NCBI GenBank assembly: GCA_963674785.1
Contig: OY771555.1
Coordinates: 1,536,001-1,600,000, forward strand
Origin: Caldisericia bacterium
Lineage (GTDB): Bacteria > Caldisericota > Caldisericia > JAAYUI01
Direction of reading: 5' to 3'
DNA: 64,000 nucleotides
Shown: piece after piece, positions 11,301-19,743 of the stretch
How positions within the stretch are numbered: the first letter of the stretch is position 1
How the letters are laid out: the number at the start of each line of letters is the position of its first letter
Notes under the pieces: model-generated
Databases searched by the model: none
What the model was told of the DNA's origin: nothing
The model's input: only the letters and a program-made list of their open reading frames with translations
Program-made: the position numbers and the translations under genes

Positions 11301-14300
11301 CATTCGGTCCACTTGACAATACTCCAACTGTTTCTGGTAACACTGTAACATTTGATGTCCCAGCATTTTTTACGGCAGCAAATGCTATACCAGGTGCAAT
11401 TGTTTACATTCAGTTTAGACAATCAGCGGGAATCAGAAATCCAACAACAAATGCAACAAACACATATGCAATCGATGTCTCAGGAACTGATAACGCTGGA
11501 GTATCCGGTTCTTGTGGATCGGAGTATGTACCAGTAACACCACTTGAAAATCCAGCCTCAGCTACCTCAATAAATCCATCATCAATTACTCTCGGAACAA
11601 GCTATTCAGGAAGCTATACAACTGGATCAGTTCATCCTTCAAAGGTTGTTGCTCTTGGTGACAAATATCTGAGAATTTACTTGCCACTTGGATTTACATT
11701 CAGTGCAAACACAACTGCAAAAATCAAATTCGAAAAATCCGCAGGTCTTTGTAATACCGGAACCGCTGGAAGTTATATTGCAAAAGTTAGCACCTCAAAA
11801 GAATCAACGATGATCGAGTCGGCACCTTATTCGATTATTGCTGCTGTCACCGGTGTCAATGTTATGGTAGTTCCACCAGTCATCAATATGTATGCAAATT
11901 ATACAATCGACTTTGTTGACTCTTCATCAGGTGGATTATCAAAAGGAACTGGTACCATAACAATTGCCTTCCCAACTGAGACAGGTGTTCTGACCTCAAT
12001 TGCAGCAGGAACTGTCTATGTTGCAAAGAATGTTAACTTTGACAACAGTATCTGTCCACCGACTCACAGTGGAGTCTTTGGAACAGACTATGCACCACTT
12101 GAAGCACCACCAGTTGTTTCTGGAAAACAGGTCACACTCACAGTGCCAATCAATATCGACCCTGGTGATCATATCTACATCAGATTCTGTGAAAGCGCAA
12201 AAATCAAAAACCCTGCAACTGCGGCATACTATACGCTTCAGGTCATGACATCTGCACAACCCGACTTTGTTGTTTCAAACCCATATGCAATCAAGAGTGG
12301 ATTGAATCTACCAGAAGTTGAAGTTATTCCAAATTCAATCAGTAGATCAGGAAGCACAGCCAGACTTGCTGCAAACGCAACAGGAACAAATGTCATTGAA
12401 CTTGATACAGTCTCTGGTTGGATTGCAGGAGACCTCATTCTTGTTGGTGATGTGAGTCATCCATTTGGTGCAGGAGCCGTATTTACCAGTGTCACTTCAG
12501 TTGATACCATAAACAACACATTAACACTTTGCGACAATGTACCTGCGACATTTACAACTGGAACTGAAGTATACAGGTCAAGAACTGGAATCTTTACAGG
12601 CGCAACAAACGACCCAGCTCCTGGTAATAACTTTGTTGATGTAACCGCAGCAACAAGAGATTTGTTCCCAATCAGTTCATACGTTGCACTGATTGATTTG
12701 ACCGGTACAAATTGTCCTGAGTTGTTCCTTGTCTCATCACATATGTCCGCTACAAGACTTGGTCTCTCTAGAAATATCGTTGCTGACTTCCCTGCACCTG
12801 GAAACACAAGAGTTGAACTTGTACAGTTCCATCAACCAAATGATGGATGTTCAGGTGACACATTTGCCGAGACAAAAATCACATTCAAAACTGGTTCATC
12901 GGGAGCTCTTCTTGCAAACAGAGACAAGATATATGTTGCTCTTGAATATGCTCCATCAGTAAATGACAGGGGTTATCATATAACCGGATCATCAATTTCA
13001 TCCGGAAGTGTAATGGTTAATGATACAGTGTGTTCAGTTGCACCAACAATTGGAATTACACCAGTTGGTGGAGTGTATACACCATCACCAACTCCAACAT
13101 TTGGAAGTGATTATGTAACACTTGAAATCACCGTGCCAGAGGATATCTCGGGTGGACAAGAAGTTGTTTTAAGAATCCTTCCAAATTCTGGAATTCCAAA
13201 CCCATATGTTGCTGGAAGCTATACTCTTGCAGTTTGGACAAGTATTGAACAGTCAGCAAACGAATCTCGAACCTATGAAATAGTTGATGGTGTAGCATTC
13301 GATGTTAATGCTGTGACAGTTACTCCGCCAAGCACATCTGAGAACGCAAGCTATGTTGTTGACTTCTATACCTGTGTTTCACTTACTGAGAATTATGACA
13401 CCATCACAATCACATTCCCAGATGATACTGTTGTACCAGCGTCAATAATGCCAAATCATATCTTTATAGACGATGATCCAGTATTTGATGGAACAGTATC
13501 AGATGCGACTCCTCATCTTCAGGCACTTGCTCCGATTATTGTAGATAGCGGTGAACGTTCTATTACATTTACAACTCCTATGAGTTTCAGTGGAAACGAT
13601 AATCACGTGTATGTTAAATTTACGTATGAGGCTGGCCTGGTTAACCCGTCAGTTGCTGACTCATATAGGTTAAAAGTAAAAACAAGCAAGCAGCCAAAGG
13701 ATGTTGAAAGTCCGTATTATGAGATCAGAGATACATCTTCAAAGGCTATTGTTTTTCCAAATCCACCAACAGCAAATAGAGAAAATGTTGAATACACAAT
13801 TACATTCACACTTTCAACAGCTGGAAATCTCACAAAAGACATCAGTTGGGTAAAACTTCAGTTCCCTGATAACGATATCTACGGACTTGGTGGTGGATAC
13901 TCAACAGTTGAAGCATTACTTCCAACTTCCATTTCACCAGACAACATTACCGTCAACGGAACAAGGCTTACTGTCATCCCAACTGTTGATACAGTTGATA
14001 GAACTTTGAAGCTCATCGTTCCAGAAACGATTGAAGCCGGCGAAGAGATTGTGATTGTGATCCAGTCTGGTGCAGGTATTACAAACCCAGTTGTTGGATC
14101 ATACAGAATGGGTATTCAGACCTCAGTTGAACCCGTTTACATCGATACTGAGATTTACACCATCAAATCAGCCCTGGGTGGAACTGCCGGTTCACTTAGT
14201 CCAGAAATTTGCCTTTCCTATGACTATTCGGTTCTGACTGCAAATGAGGCTGCTGCAGCAACACCAGTTTTGAATGTTGATTCAGTTAGAAACTGGAGTG

Positions 14301-17300
14301 TCGGGGATATCGCTGTTATTGGTGATATGACAAGCACAAATATGTCAAATATTTTTGCAGCAAGAGTTGACACAATTGGTGCTGCTACAAATGTGCTCAG
14401 ATTCACAGTTCCACTTGATTTCAGTGTTCCTCTTGGTACCCCAGTATTTAGAATGAAAGAGATTCCAACAAGCGCAACACTTACTGGTCCTGGTGCCCCA
14501 GTACCAGCGGGAAGTGCTTTCATTCGAGTAACTGACCCCAGCCCATTTACTGCAGGAGACGTGATTGTATTCGGTGCTGGCTCAGGAGCAGAAGTCGTAA
14601 GAATCACAAGTATCAACGGAACAAGATTGGATGTTACCCCACCGCTTAGAAGTGCTCATGCCGTTGGTGCCGAGGTATCGATTGTTGCTTGCAATGTCGG
14701 TCTTGTAAATGCCGAAGGCTACTACATGATTCATTTTATAACTGGAGCAACAGGTAATCTAAACCAGGCCGTTTCGACAATAACTATGATATTCCCGTTT
14801 GACATGTATGTTCCTGAATCAATAGTTGCATCATCAATATCGCTCTCAATTGATGGAATCAATTTCACACAGTGTCATGATATCGATATTGATAGCGAAA
14901 ATCGAAAAATAACTCTTACGGTTCCGACATCAGTTCCATCAAACCATGATGCCTATATCAGGATAACAAATAAATCCGGAATCAGGAATCCATCTGTTCC
15001 GGGTAGTGTTTATAGGATGCAGCTTGCAACTTCCTCAGAACCGGATTTTGTTGATACAAGATCGTTTGTGATTGAAGGAGCAGGTGCTCCAACCGTTACT
15101 GTTAATCCATGTACCGCTGGTGAGGTTGGTGCGATCCATATTATTGAATTCTATATTACAAATTCGATACCACAGGGTGAGACCATCACAATTACATTCC
15201 CTGCTGACTACATGATGCCATCTGTTGTCAGACAAGAGAATGTCAAAGTTAATGGTACACAGGTCAGAGCTCCTCTTATTGGACCAACCGCAGACAATGA
15301 AATTGTAATTACCGCACCAAAAGATCTTCCATCATCTGGTAAGGTGACAGTTGAATTCCTTGAAGAATTCAAGCTTAAAAATCCTCCAACACCTGGTCAT
15401 TATAGACTTAAGATTAGAACAAGCATTGAACCAGATAACCTTGATGTTGATTCGAACAACTATTACATCTGTCCTGAGGTGCAGCTTTCTAGTCTGGTTC
15501 TTATTCCCTCATCTTTATCTCTAGGGATAAATCAAACAGGTCAGGTTCAGGCACAAGCTAAAGATGAGAATGGTGACAATATCTCTTACAATGTCGACTA
15601 CTCATGGCAGACCGACATTGGTGTTTTGTCTGGAATCACTGGAGACAGTGTTTCACTTACAGCTCCCGGTTCAGCAGGTTCAGGTATTTTGAAATGTGAA
15701 GCAAAGTACAATGGTCAAACTTTGTCTGCTCAGTGTGCAGTAACCATAACACCTCCCCTTGGGAGCGTTGTAATTACTCCCTCTACACCAAAATCTCTTG
15801 GGTTTGGTGTAACGCAAACTTATGTTGCAACAGCAAAAGATACCTCAGGTAACACAATGACTGGTGCAGCATTTGCGTGGTCTGTTACTGGTGGTATCGG
15901 CTCGCTTAGTCCAATATCTGGTAATACAACGACTTTGACAACTGGATCAACTGCTACATCTGGAACAGTTGTTTGTACTGCATCTTATGGTGGTGACACA
16001 AAATCAACCTCTGCAACTGTAAGCGTTCAGTCCAGTGGTGGGGGTGGCACTGACCCAGGTACCGATCCTGGCACAGATCCTACCTATATTGTCTCTGCTA
16101 CTGTAACACCAACTACTCATACGATAACCAGTAACCTCAGTGCTTTAACATTCCAAATAACAGCTTTGGATGACCTATCTGGTGGTCAGATAAGACTTTC
16201 AGTTCCATCTGGTTGGAGTTTCCCAAACTCTAACAACATGAGTGTGAGTGCTCCAGCGGGTGTTGTTGTTGGTACACCACAGTATTCCTCTTCAATCCTT
16301 ATTCTTCCAATTACAACTATGCCTAAAGGCAAAGCAATAAGTGTACAGTACCTTGCTCCAAATTATCCAACATCAGCCGGTGTACACACATTTAGTGTTT
16401 ATGCAAACAAAAACGGTGAAGCAACACAGGCTGCCGTCAGACAGCCAACGGTTACACTTATCGATTCGGGTGGCGGGACAACTACCAATGCCTCTGGAAC
16501 TGGTAAGTGCACAGTTGCTCCAACAATTGCATCATCAGGTGCACTCGGTGCAAAGTTTACTTTCACATTTGTTGCCGAAGTGGACATGTCTGATGGTGAG
16601 GTTCAGATTTATATACCAACAGATTGGACAGCACCAACTATGTCTCCAGGTGCAAAAGGATTTATCCAAATAAAGAATGCGACAGGAGAGGTAACCTTGT
16701 TGCAGGTTCTTCCTGGTGGAATCATTTCGCTTAATCTCGGAACCTTCCTTAAACACAACCAGGTTTCTGTAGAATACACAAATGTTGATGTTCCAGCAGA
16801 AGAGAAAACATATACATTTAATGTGAAAACTGCAGGTGTTAGTGGGGAGCTTAAAAACATCGCTGTTCCACCATCTGTTACCCTTGAAAGAACTAGGGTT
16901 ACTGCTGTCACATGCACACCAAAACCAAACTCTGCTGGTGGTGTAGCAAGCTATCAAATCACGTTCAGAACATCGGATGCTGGAACGCTTACAAAGGATC
17001 AATCGTTGGTTGTAATCAACTTCCCATCAGACACTGAGCTTCCAGGAAGTATAGCTCCATCATCAATAACTGTTCAGAAAGTCCCACTTATTGCACCACC
17101 ATCTATCAATCCTACAACACGTGATATTGAATTTACAGTTCCGACAGATGTTCCACCAAATACAACCGTTGCTGTAACATTTGAAACAACTGCTGGAATC
17201 ATCAACCCAACGAGTCCAAAAAACACTTACAAGATTACTGTTAAAACCTCATCTGATGCGACACCAGTTCCATCAAGTAACTATGCAATTGAAGCATCTA

Positions 17301-19435
17301 CAATCAGTACTCCTGATGTGACTCCTGACCCAGTTGTAACAAGTGCTGAGGCGAAATACACAATCAAGTTCAAGGTTGGTGGTTCTGGTGCACTAAAGCT
17401 TGGAACAGGCCAGATCGTGCTTAAATTCCCGAATGATACCTATATCCCAGCAAGCATTCAGTCTGGACATATCACTGTAAACGGAAAGGTACTCACAAAG
17501 AGACCAAATGTTGATACAGTAGCGAGAAAAGTTGCAGTTTATGTGCCAACTCCAGTTCAAGCAGGGGAAGAGGTAACCGTTGAGTTCTCAAAAGATGCTG
17601 GACTCAAAAATCCAACTAAGTCCGGAAATTACACAGTTTGGGCAAGCACAACCTCTGAGTCAATTGAGGTTGAATCCAACTCATACGGAATCGGAGAGTC
17701 GACGGTCTCAAACGTTAGAGTCGAAAGCAGTTCACTTGATTCTGGTGATACTTGTGTTGATTATGAGATAACATTTAGAACCGGAAGTTTTGGTTCGTTG
17801 ACATCTGCATCCACAATCACTGTTTGGTTCCATCCAAACTATAAGATCGGATCAATCAGCAAAGAGAGAATCACTGTAAATGGGGCAACAATCAAAAATA
17901 CTCCAAAGATTCAAAATAGTCAGTACATCACTTTCGATGTTCCACAGTCTCTCAATGCGGGAACAGATGTGACAGTCAAAATCAAATGTTTGAATAATCC
18001 AACAACACCAGGTCAGTATGAATGCAAAGTCAAAACCTCATCTGAACCAACATTGATTCAATCTAACACATACAAAATCGGTGAATCGATGAGTACAAAC
18101 ATGACAATCTCACCTGCCTCACCAAATGGCGACAATGGTTGGTACAATACAAATCCATCCATCATGTTTGATTGCAATGTCAACTCTGCAACTACTTACT
18201 ACACACTTGATGGAGGAAATAGAAAGTCATGGGCTAGTGTTCCAATCAGACTCGAAGATGGTGTTCACACAGTCCAGTATTGGTCAGAAGCTGACGGATA
18301 TAACGAAGAACAGAAACAGACAGTTTCGAATATCAAAGTTGATACCACAAAACCAATCCTCACAATCAATGAACCACAAAATGGTATCACCGTTGGTTCT
18401 GCAAAACTTGATCTTTCAGGAACATTTGATGAAGAAAATATTCTTGAGATAACAGTCAGCAATAACGGATCAAGCTCAGTAACAAGAATGACCTTTGACA
18501 AAAACGCAAAAACTTGGCAGGGTTCAGTCATGCTTGTTAAGGGTACAAATGTTCTTGATGTAAAAGCATATGATGAAGCTGGAAATGTCAGCTTCACACC
18601 AATTCTGACAATCAAGTATGAACCGGGTTCAGGTGATGGCGAATGTGCTATGATAGTTGTCAGTCCAAAGGATAATCAGGAACCTGTCGGTGGTGTACTT
18701 TTGGTCAATGAAGATCAGGCCGGTTATCATCATCTCGAAATGGATCTCCTTGTTCAAGCAACGACAACTGCAACAAATCCAACGGTTGAGGTAAGTTCTG
18801 AGCATGACCCAGATAATTGGATTGAAGTTCCATATGATTCTGTCAAGAAGGAAGCAAAAGGAAACGTTCAACTCAAGGCTGTTGCTGGAAACAATAAGGT
18901 TACAATCAGGCTTAAGGATTCATCAGGCAATATTTGTGGAACACCTGTAAACAAGATTGTTCTTTGTAAGGTTCTCGTTCATTTTGTTAACCCAAAGGGA
19001 TTTGATTCAACTATTAATGGACAACCTAATCCAAATATGCCTCCAGAATGTGACCAACTATTGTTCAATGGTAAGCCAATTACAAATCTTGATTCATCTC
19101 CATACATTGATAACGCAGAGGGAAGAACTTATGCACCTCTAAGACTTGTTGCAAATCTGTTTGGCGGAGTTGTCGGATGGGATGACACAACAAAAATGGT
19201 AACTGTTGATTTCGAAGGTAAACAATTAGCTTATAAGTTGGGTGCATCTTCTGCGACATTAACAGATGCCGATGGAAATAAATCAACCATTCAAATGGAT
19301 TCTAGTGACCCTAATGTTTCAGCAAAAACTGTCGCTAACAGATCGTATGTCCCATTAAGGATGTTTGATACTGCATTTGGATGGAGAGTTGGATGGGATG
19401 GCGATACTAGAACCGTTTCATTTGAATACCCATGA
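5381..19435 (+). CDS. Giant exported repeat protein (4684 aa) with C-terminal copper-amine-oxidase-N-like (stalk) domain; probable surface/envelope structural protein
   Basis: Signal peptide MKKLINIVLSLLMMASLITVLPMASASA and AGGAG SD. About 20 copies of a ~130-aa module (YxIxFxTG..GxL...ITIxFP...AGIxNP..AGxYxLxVxTS.EP...S..YxI), Ig-like domains, and C-terminal PYID..GRTYAPLR...VGWD / NRSYVPLR...VGWD repeats. Confidence 0.85.
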   Translation: MKKLINIVLSLLMMASLITVLPMASASAAVAGTLNITVDPAVCGEGAEIVLEFEQAPGTFSGFNVTFLGGELLPPTSTTSYNYYVTMTVQDNDLFTPYPVSQYIESITTSGNTLEMRLMNDYTVTGTNDEVKITINESFGIKLPPCPNCGPQNIQVEDVDAAGTPSGAIAISSYELMGKVTEIKVLSDPNTASSSTSSYYYGYGSTSSNTKFGVLFRRDSCGALDTNEYIQIKFPSSFGGYTTFPDGLLDSSKVRVWHDPVAPIFQDTVSHLDGAPYWVPSTSVPVLAVEADSTQRTITVYLDAGASIAADDYVSVIFDKDIGVSLPTTAGYQTIEVSTTEESYYATSPDFMVANQATVVARSNAAGAQDVEYNIEWSLPTGITLSGDAGDWIEIQFQDLENLNWPLSSNTPFAPGIGNYPPTVAFTNSSYSYYYSDVEYGSVVEPTAPTATLRIYLPLGYTITSGSKFTMTIDHPTLDNNVNPGRYRVMLKHNKDTSNTWSYSNYFALIDGVIFNSGYVIVEPPTVSKEAQYTILFEVGQELRPGQQIFIEFPQETSFTNYTSIPAGGVWLVWDTVTPTFGADDCDINYNTGTWVEGLPRPLELNPSISTTGTNRKVTLTLPGSPGDYVINDTGDNFVAIRFCLNAGIKNPMTAGIYNLEVSTTTQPESSLSAPYTISTSITNVEVTPTPNATCSNGVQYEVSFNTGANGGLDGSAGDYIDIDFRDLNKNPAPDYASILNTFESTQAVTEVSGYSSPPFASSMAYWTIGFRTGAALVAGDTIDLQFPPNVTVPGSINATDVFIFDATVAAPSIFDNDVLGAGVTNPSAVVVDGNRITLTTSAGYVIDQMIYIRFRRAAGIINPSAPGSAYTVKVATLQQPYFTPGFFAITEDFIPDYGAQVPTADPEWRTNTAPSPLTDVFCPTPIPNSASSPAQYIFSVRTHETCQFSGSTLTVQFPQGTYIPSSIDPSFIQLRTQADTAFLFAPDSACSTGTSTPASVTIDQTARTISFPLPAAFNATQFAHVLICRDAGIRNPPTVGVNYQLGITIQGTAGCSGGEVEVKATSEYFAITPAPIGGIIPPLHTINIGGGYYYYGYSSNHPSSVVAIGPQALRIYLPAGLKIQQTQSVTVTFTSASGLVNTCTEGGYIAKVRTSKETSWVDSTQYSIVDTVQFSCGTYPDVNPPSTSTEAQYDLSFTVGQTGGLEAGVDTITVAFPSSTTMNSFNMPAGSIYVSTLPITGGCPADSPAKVVTLPPTASGTAVTFTTPIHIGNSQTVYVRFCKSAGIKNPYQAGSYTLQVKTSKQPNYGISCRYAIGTAISDVQVEPIPASACNENTQYKLTFKQGSSGGLKGSNGDYIDIDFYHPDNPGTDMASISNIFTAINTPSPSSVTVSPYGYSYSYGNSYASAVEWVDTPQGKKLRVYVPADFTSSSSGQITVIFESGAGLDNTCFPAQYKVRVSTSLEQEEVDSSPYSIEDAPRQITVDVNPSTISEEAEYTIRFQVGANGGLTANSDTITIAFPSGTTVPYNSISAGSIWIAEASDFTSTGCPPTPVGGGSAVQVQLPPDISGQSVTFTTPMNISNNAQVVVRFCLNAGIKNPYTADAYRLQLKTSKQSAYGISEPYAITSAISDVKVSHTPNIINECDVEVEVEFKNANTSLSGDLGDYVDIQFQDFVKNPGPDYASISNNFSSSTSIANLTVHPLTQPFDATAVPWNTSRWDIDFMTGTGGALTTGDTIVLDFPANCSMTVASLTNRLFLSDEQWDEYSFYAGDNYINAGGVAKLAVPAAMITVVGTRVTITNPPVAAGGIDVGDGETVYIRVLQQGITNPSTAGDSYVLQGYTSTQPTSANSNYFGISSLRPTRAPVPIIDMNWVGPNPIHKLPPSIHTSTAGQSAQVDLMLELRSNFDSTLLPTPQLSVTFPTGFVVPSSISANDIWLSVATAPAGVGYPFLNCSNYMGTPFVDSTAPAGTFGPLDNTPTVSGNTVTFDVPAFFTAANAIPGAIVYIQFRQSAGIRNPTTNATNTYAIDVSGTDNAGVSGSCGSEYVPVTPLENPASATSINPSSITLGTSYSGSYTTGSVHPSKVVALGDKYLRIYLPLGFTFSANTTAKIKFEKSAGLCNTGTAGSYIAKVSTSKESTMIESAPYSIIAAVTGVNVMVVPPVINMYANYTIDFVDSSSGGLSKGTGTITIAFPTETGVLTSIAAGTVYVAKNVNFDNSICPPTHSGVFGTDYAPLEAPPVVSGKQVTLTVPINIDPGDHIYIRFCESAKIKNPATAAYYTLQVMTSAQPDFVVSNPYAIKSGLNLPEVEVIPNSISRSGSTARLAANATGTNVIELDTVSGWIAGDLILVGDVSHPFGAGAVFTSVTSVDTINNTLTLCDNVPATFTTGTEVYRSRTGIFTGATNDPAPGNNFVDVTAATRDLFPISSYVALIDLTGTNCPELFLVSSHMSATRLGLSRNIVADFPAPGNTRVELVQFHQPNDGCSGDTFAETKITFKTGSSGALLANRDKIYVALEYAPSVNDRGYHITGSSISSGSVMVNDTVCSVAPTIGITPVGGVYTPSPTPTFGSDYVTLEITVPEDISGGQEVVLRILPNSGIPNPYVAGSYTLAVWTSIEQSANESRTYEIVDGVAFDVNAVTVTPPSTSENASYVVDFYTCVSLTENYDTITITFPDDTVVPASIMPNHIFIDDDPVFDGTVSDATPHLQALAPIIVDSGERSITFTTPMSFSGNDNHVYVKFTYEAGLVNPSVADSYRLKVKTSKQPKDVESPYYEIRDTSSKAIVFPNPPTANRENVEYTITFTLSTAGNLTKDISWVKLQFPDNDIYGLGGGYSTVEALLPTSISPDNITVNGTRLTVIPTVDTVDRTLKLIVPETIEAGEEIVIVIQSGAGITNPVVGSYRMGIQTSVEPVYIDTEIYTIKSALGGTAGSLSPEICLSYDYSVLTANEAAAATPVLNVDSVRNWSVGDIAVIGDMTSTNMSNIFAARVDTIGAATNVLRFTVPLDFSVPLGTPVFRMKEIPTSATLTGPGAPVPAGSAFIRVTDPSPFTAGDVIVFGAGSGAEVVRITSINGTRLDVTPPLRSAHAVGAEVSIVACNVGLVNAEGYYMIHFITGATGNLNQAVSTITMIFPFDMYVPESIVASSISLSIDGINFTQCHDIDIDSENRKITLTVPTSVPSNHDAYIRITNKSGIRNPSVPGSVYRMQLATSSEPDFVDTRSFVIEGAGAPTVTVNPCTAGEVGAIHIIEFYITNSIPQGETITITFPADYMMPSVVRQENVKVNGTQVRAPLIGPTADNEIVITAPKDLPSSGKVTVEFLEEFKLKNPPTPGHYRLKIRTSIEPDNLDVDSNNYYICPEVQLSSLVLIPSSLSLGINQTGQVQAQAKDENGDNISYNVDYSWQTDIGVLSGITGDSVSLTAPGSAGSGILKCEAKYNGQTLSAQCAVTITPPLGSVVITPSTPKSLGFGVTQTYVATAKDTSGNTMTGAAFAWSVTGGIGSLSPISGNTTTLTTGSTATSGTVVCTASYGGDTKSTSATVSVQSSGGGGTDPGTDPGTDPTYIVSATVTPTTHTITSNLSALTFQITALDDLSGGQIRLSVPSGWSFPNSNNMSVSAPAGVVVGTPQYSSSILILPITTMPKGKAISVQYLAPNYPTSAGVHTFSVYANKNGEATQAAVRQPTVTLIDSGGGTTTNASGTGKCTVAPTIASSGALGAKFTFTFVAEVDMSDGEVQIYIPTDWTAPTMSPGAKGFIQIKNATGEVTLLQVLPGGIISLNLGTFLKHNQVSVEYTNVDVPAEEKTYTFNVKTAGVSGELKNIAVPPSVTLERTRVTAVTCTPKPNSAGGVASYQITFRTSDAGTLTKDQSLVVINFPSDTELPGSIAPSSITVQKVPLIAPPSINPTTRDIEFTVPTDVPPNTTVAVTFETTAGIINPTSPKNTYKITVKTSSDATPVPSSNYAIEASTISTPDVTPDPVVTSAEAKYTIKFKVGGSGALKLGTGQIVLKFPNDTYIPASIQSGHITVNGKVLTKRPNVDTVARKVAVYVPTPVQAGEEVTVEFSKDAGLKNPTKSGNYTVWASTTSESIEVESNSYGIGESTVSNVRVESSSLDSGDTCVDYEITFRTGSFGSLTSASTITVWFHPNYKIGSISKERITVNGATIKNTPKIQNSQYITFDVPQSLNAGTDVTVKIKCLNNPTTPGQYECKVKTSSEPTLIQSNTYKIGESMSTNMTISPASPNGDNGWYNTNPSIMFDCNVNSATTYYTLDGGNRKSWASVPIRLEDGVHTVQYWSEADGYNEEQKQTVSNIKVDTTKPILTINEPQNGITVGSAKLDLSGTFDEENILEITVSNNGSSSVTRMTFDKNAKTWQGSVMLVKGTNVLDVKAYDEAGNVSFTPILTIKYEPGSGDGECAMIVVSPKDNQEPVGGVLLVNEDQAGYHHLEMDLLVQATTTATNPTVEVSSEHDPDNWIEVPYDSVKKEAKGNVQLKAVAGNNKVTIRLKDSSGNICGTPVNKIVLCKVLVHFVNPKGFDSTINGQPNPNMPPECDQLLFNGKPITNLDSSPYIDNAEGRTYAPLRLVANLFGGVVGWDDTTKMVTVDFEGKQLAYKLGASSATLTDADGNKSTIQMDSSDPNVSAKTVANRSYVPLRMFDTAFGWRVGWDGDTRTVSFEYP
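16046..16081 (+). repeat. GTDP x3 linker repeat inside the giant protein
   Basis: SSGGGG-TDPGTDPGTDP; degenerate 12-nt tandem repeat. Confidence 0.7.
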
Positions 19436-19481
19436 GAAAAATAGGCAAAATGATGAATAGATTTGAGCCACAGAATAATAG

Positions 19482-19720
19482 TGACAAAAGGGAGAAAACC
19501 TCCCTTTTGTCAGGTAGATTTCAAATCAGAACAGAAGAAAGAGAAGACAGAGACTCCTGGGGAGAAATCCCCGGGGGTTACGAGCGAGAAATCTCATTTG
19601 TTATGGTAGCTGGTGATTCCAGCTACCCGAAGAATAAAGATTTATAGGATGATAGATTTATTTTGTGATTCAAACCTGTTATGTTTGAATAGGAAGACTG
19701 AAAAAAATCCTCAGTTTTCA
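19482..19720 (+). other. Array of five intergenic stem-loops between the two giant genes
   Basis: TGACAAAAGGGAG/CTCCCTTTTGTCA (19482-19512); ACTCCTGGGGA-GAAA-TCCCCGGGGGT (19553-19578); GGTAGCTGG/CCAGCTACC (19605-19627); ATTCAAAC/GTTTGAAT (19668-19690); GAAGACTGA/TCAGTTTTC (~19693-19719). Confidence 0.75.
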
Positions 19721-19743
19721 TTTTTCCTCACAAGGAGGCAGAT

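Noticed and set aside
19432-19647. 71-aa ORF overlapping the stop of the first giant gene (ATGA)
   Set aside because: No recognisable motif or SD, and it runs through three hairpins; better explained as a chance ORF in a structured RNA region, though a leader-peptide role cannot be fully excluded.
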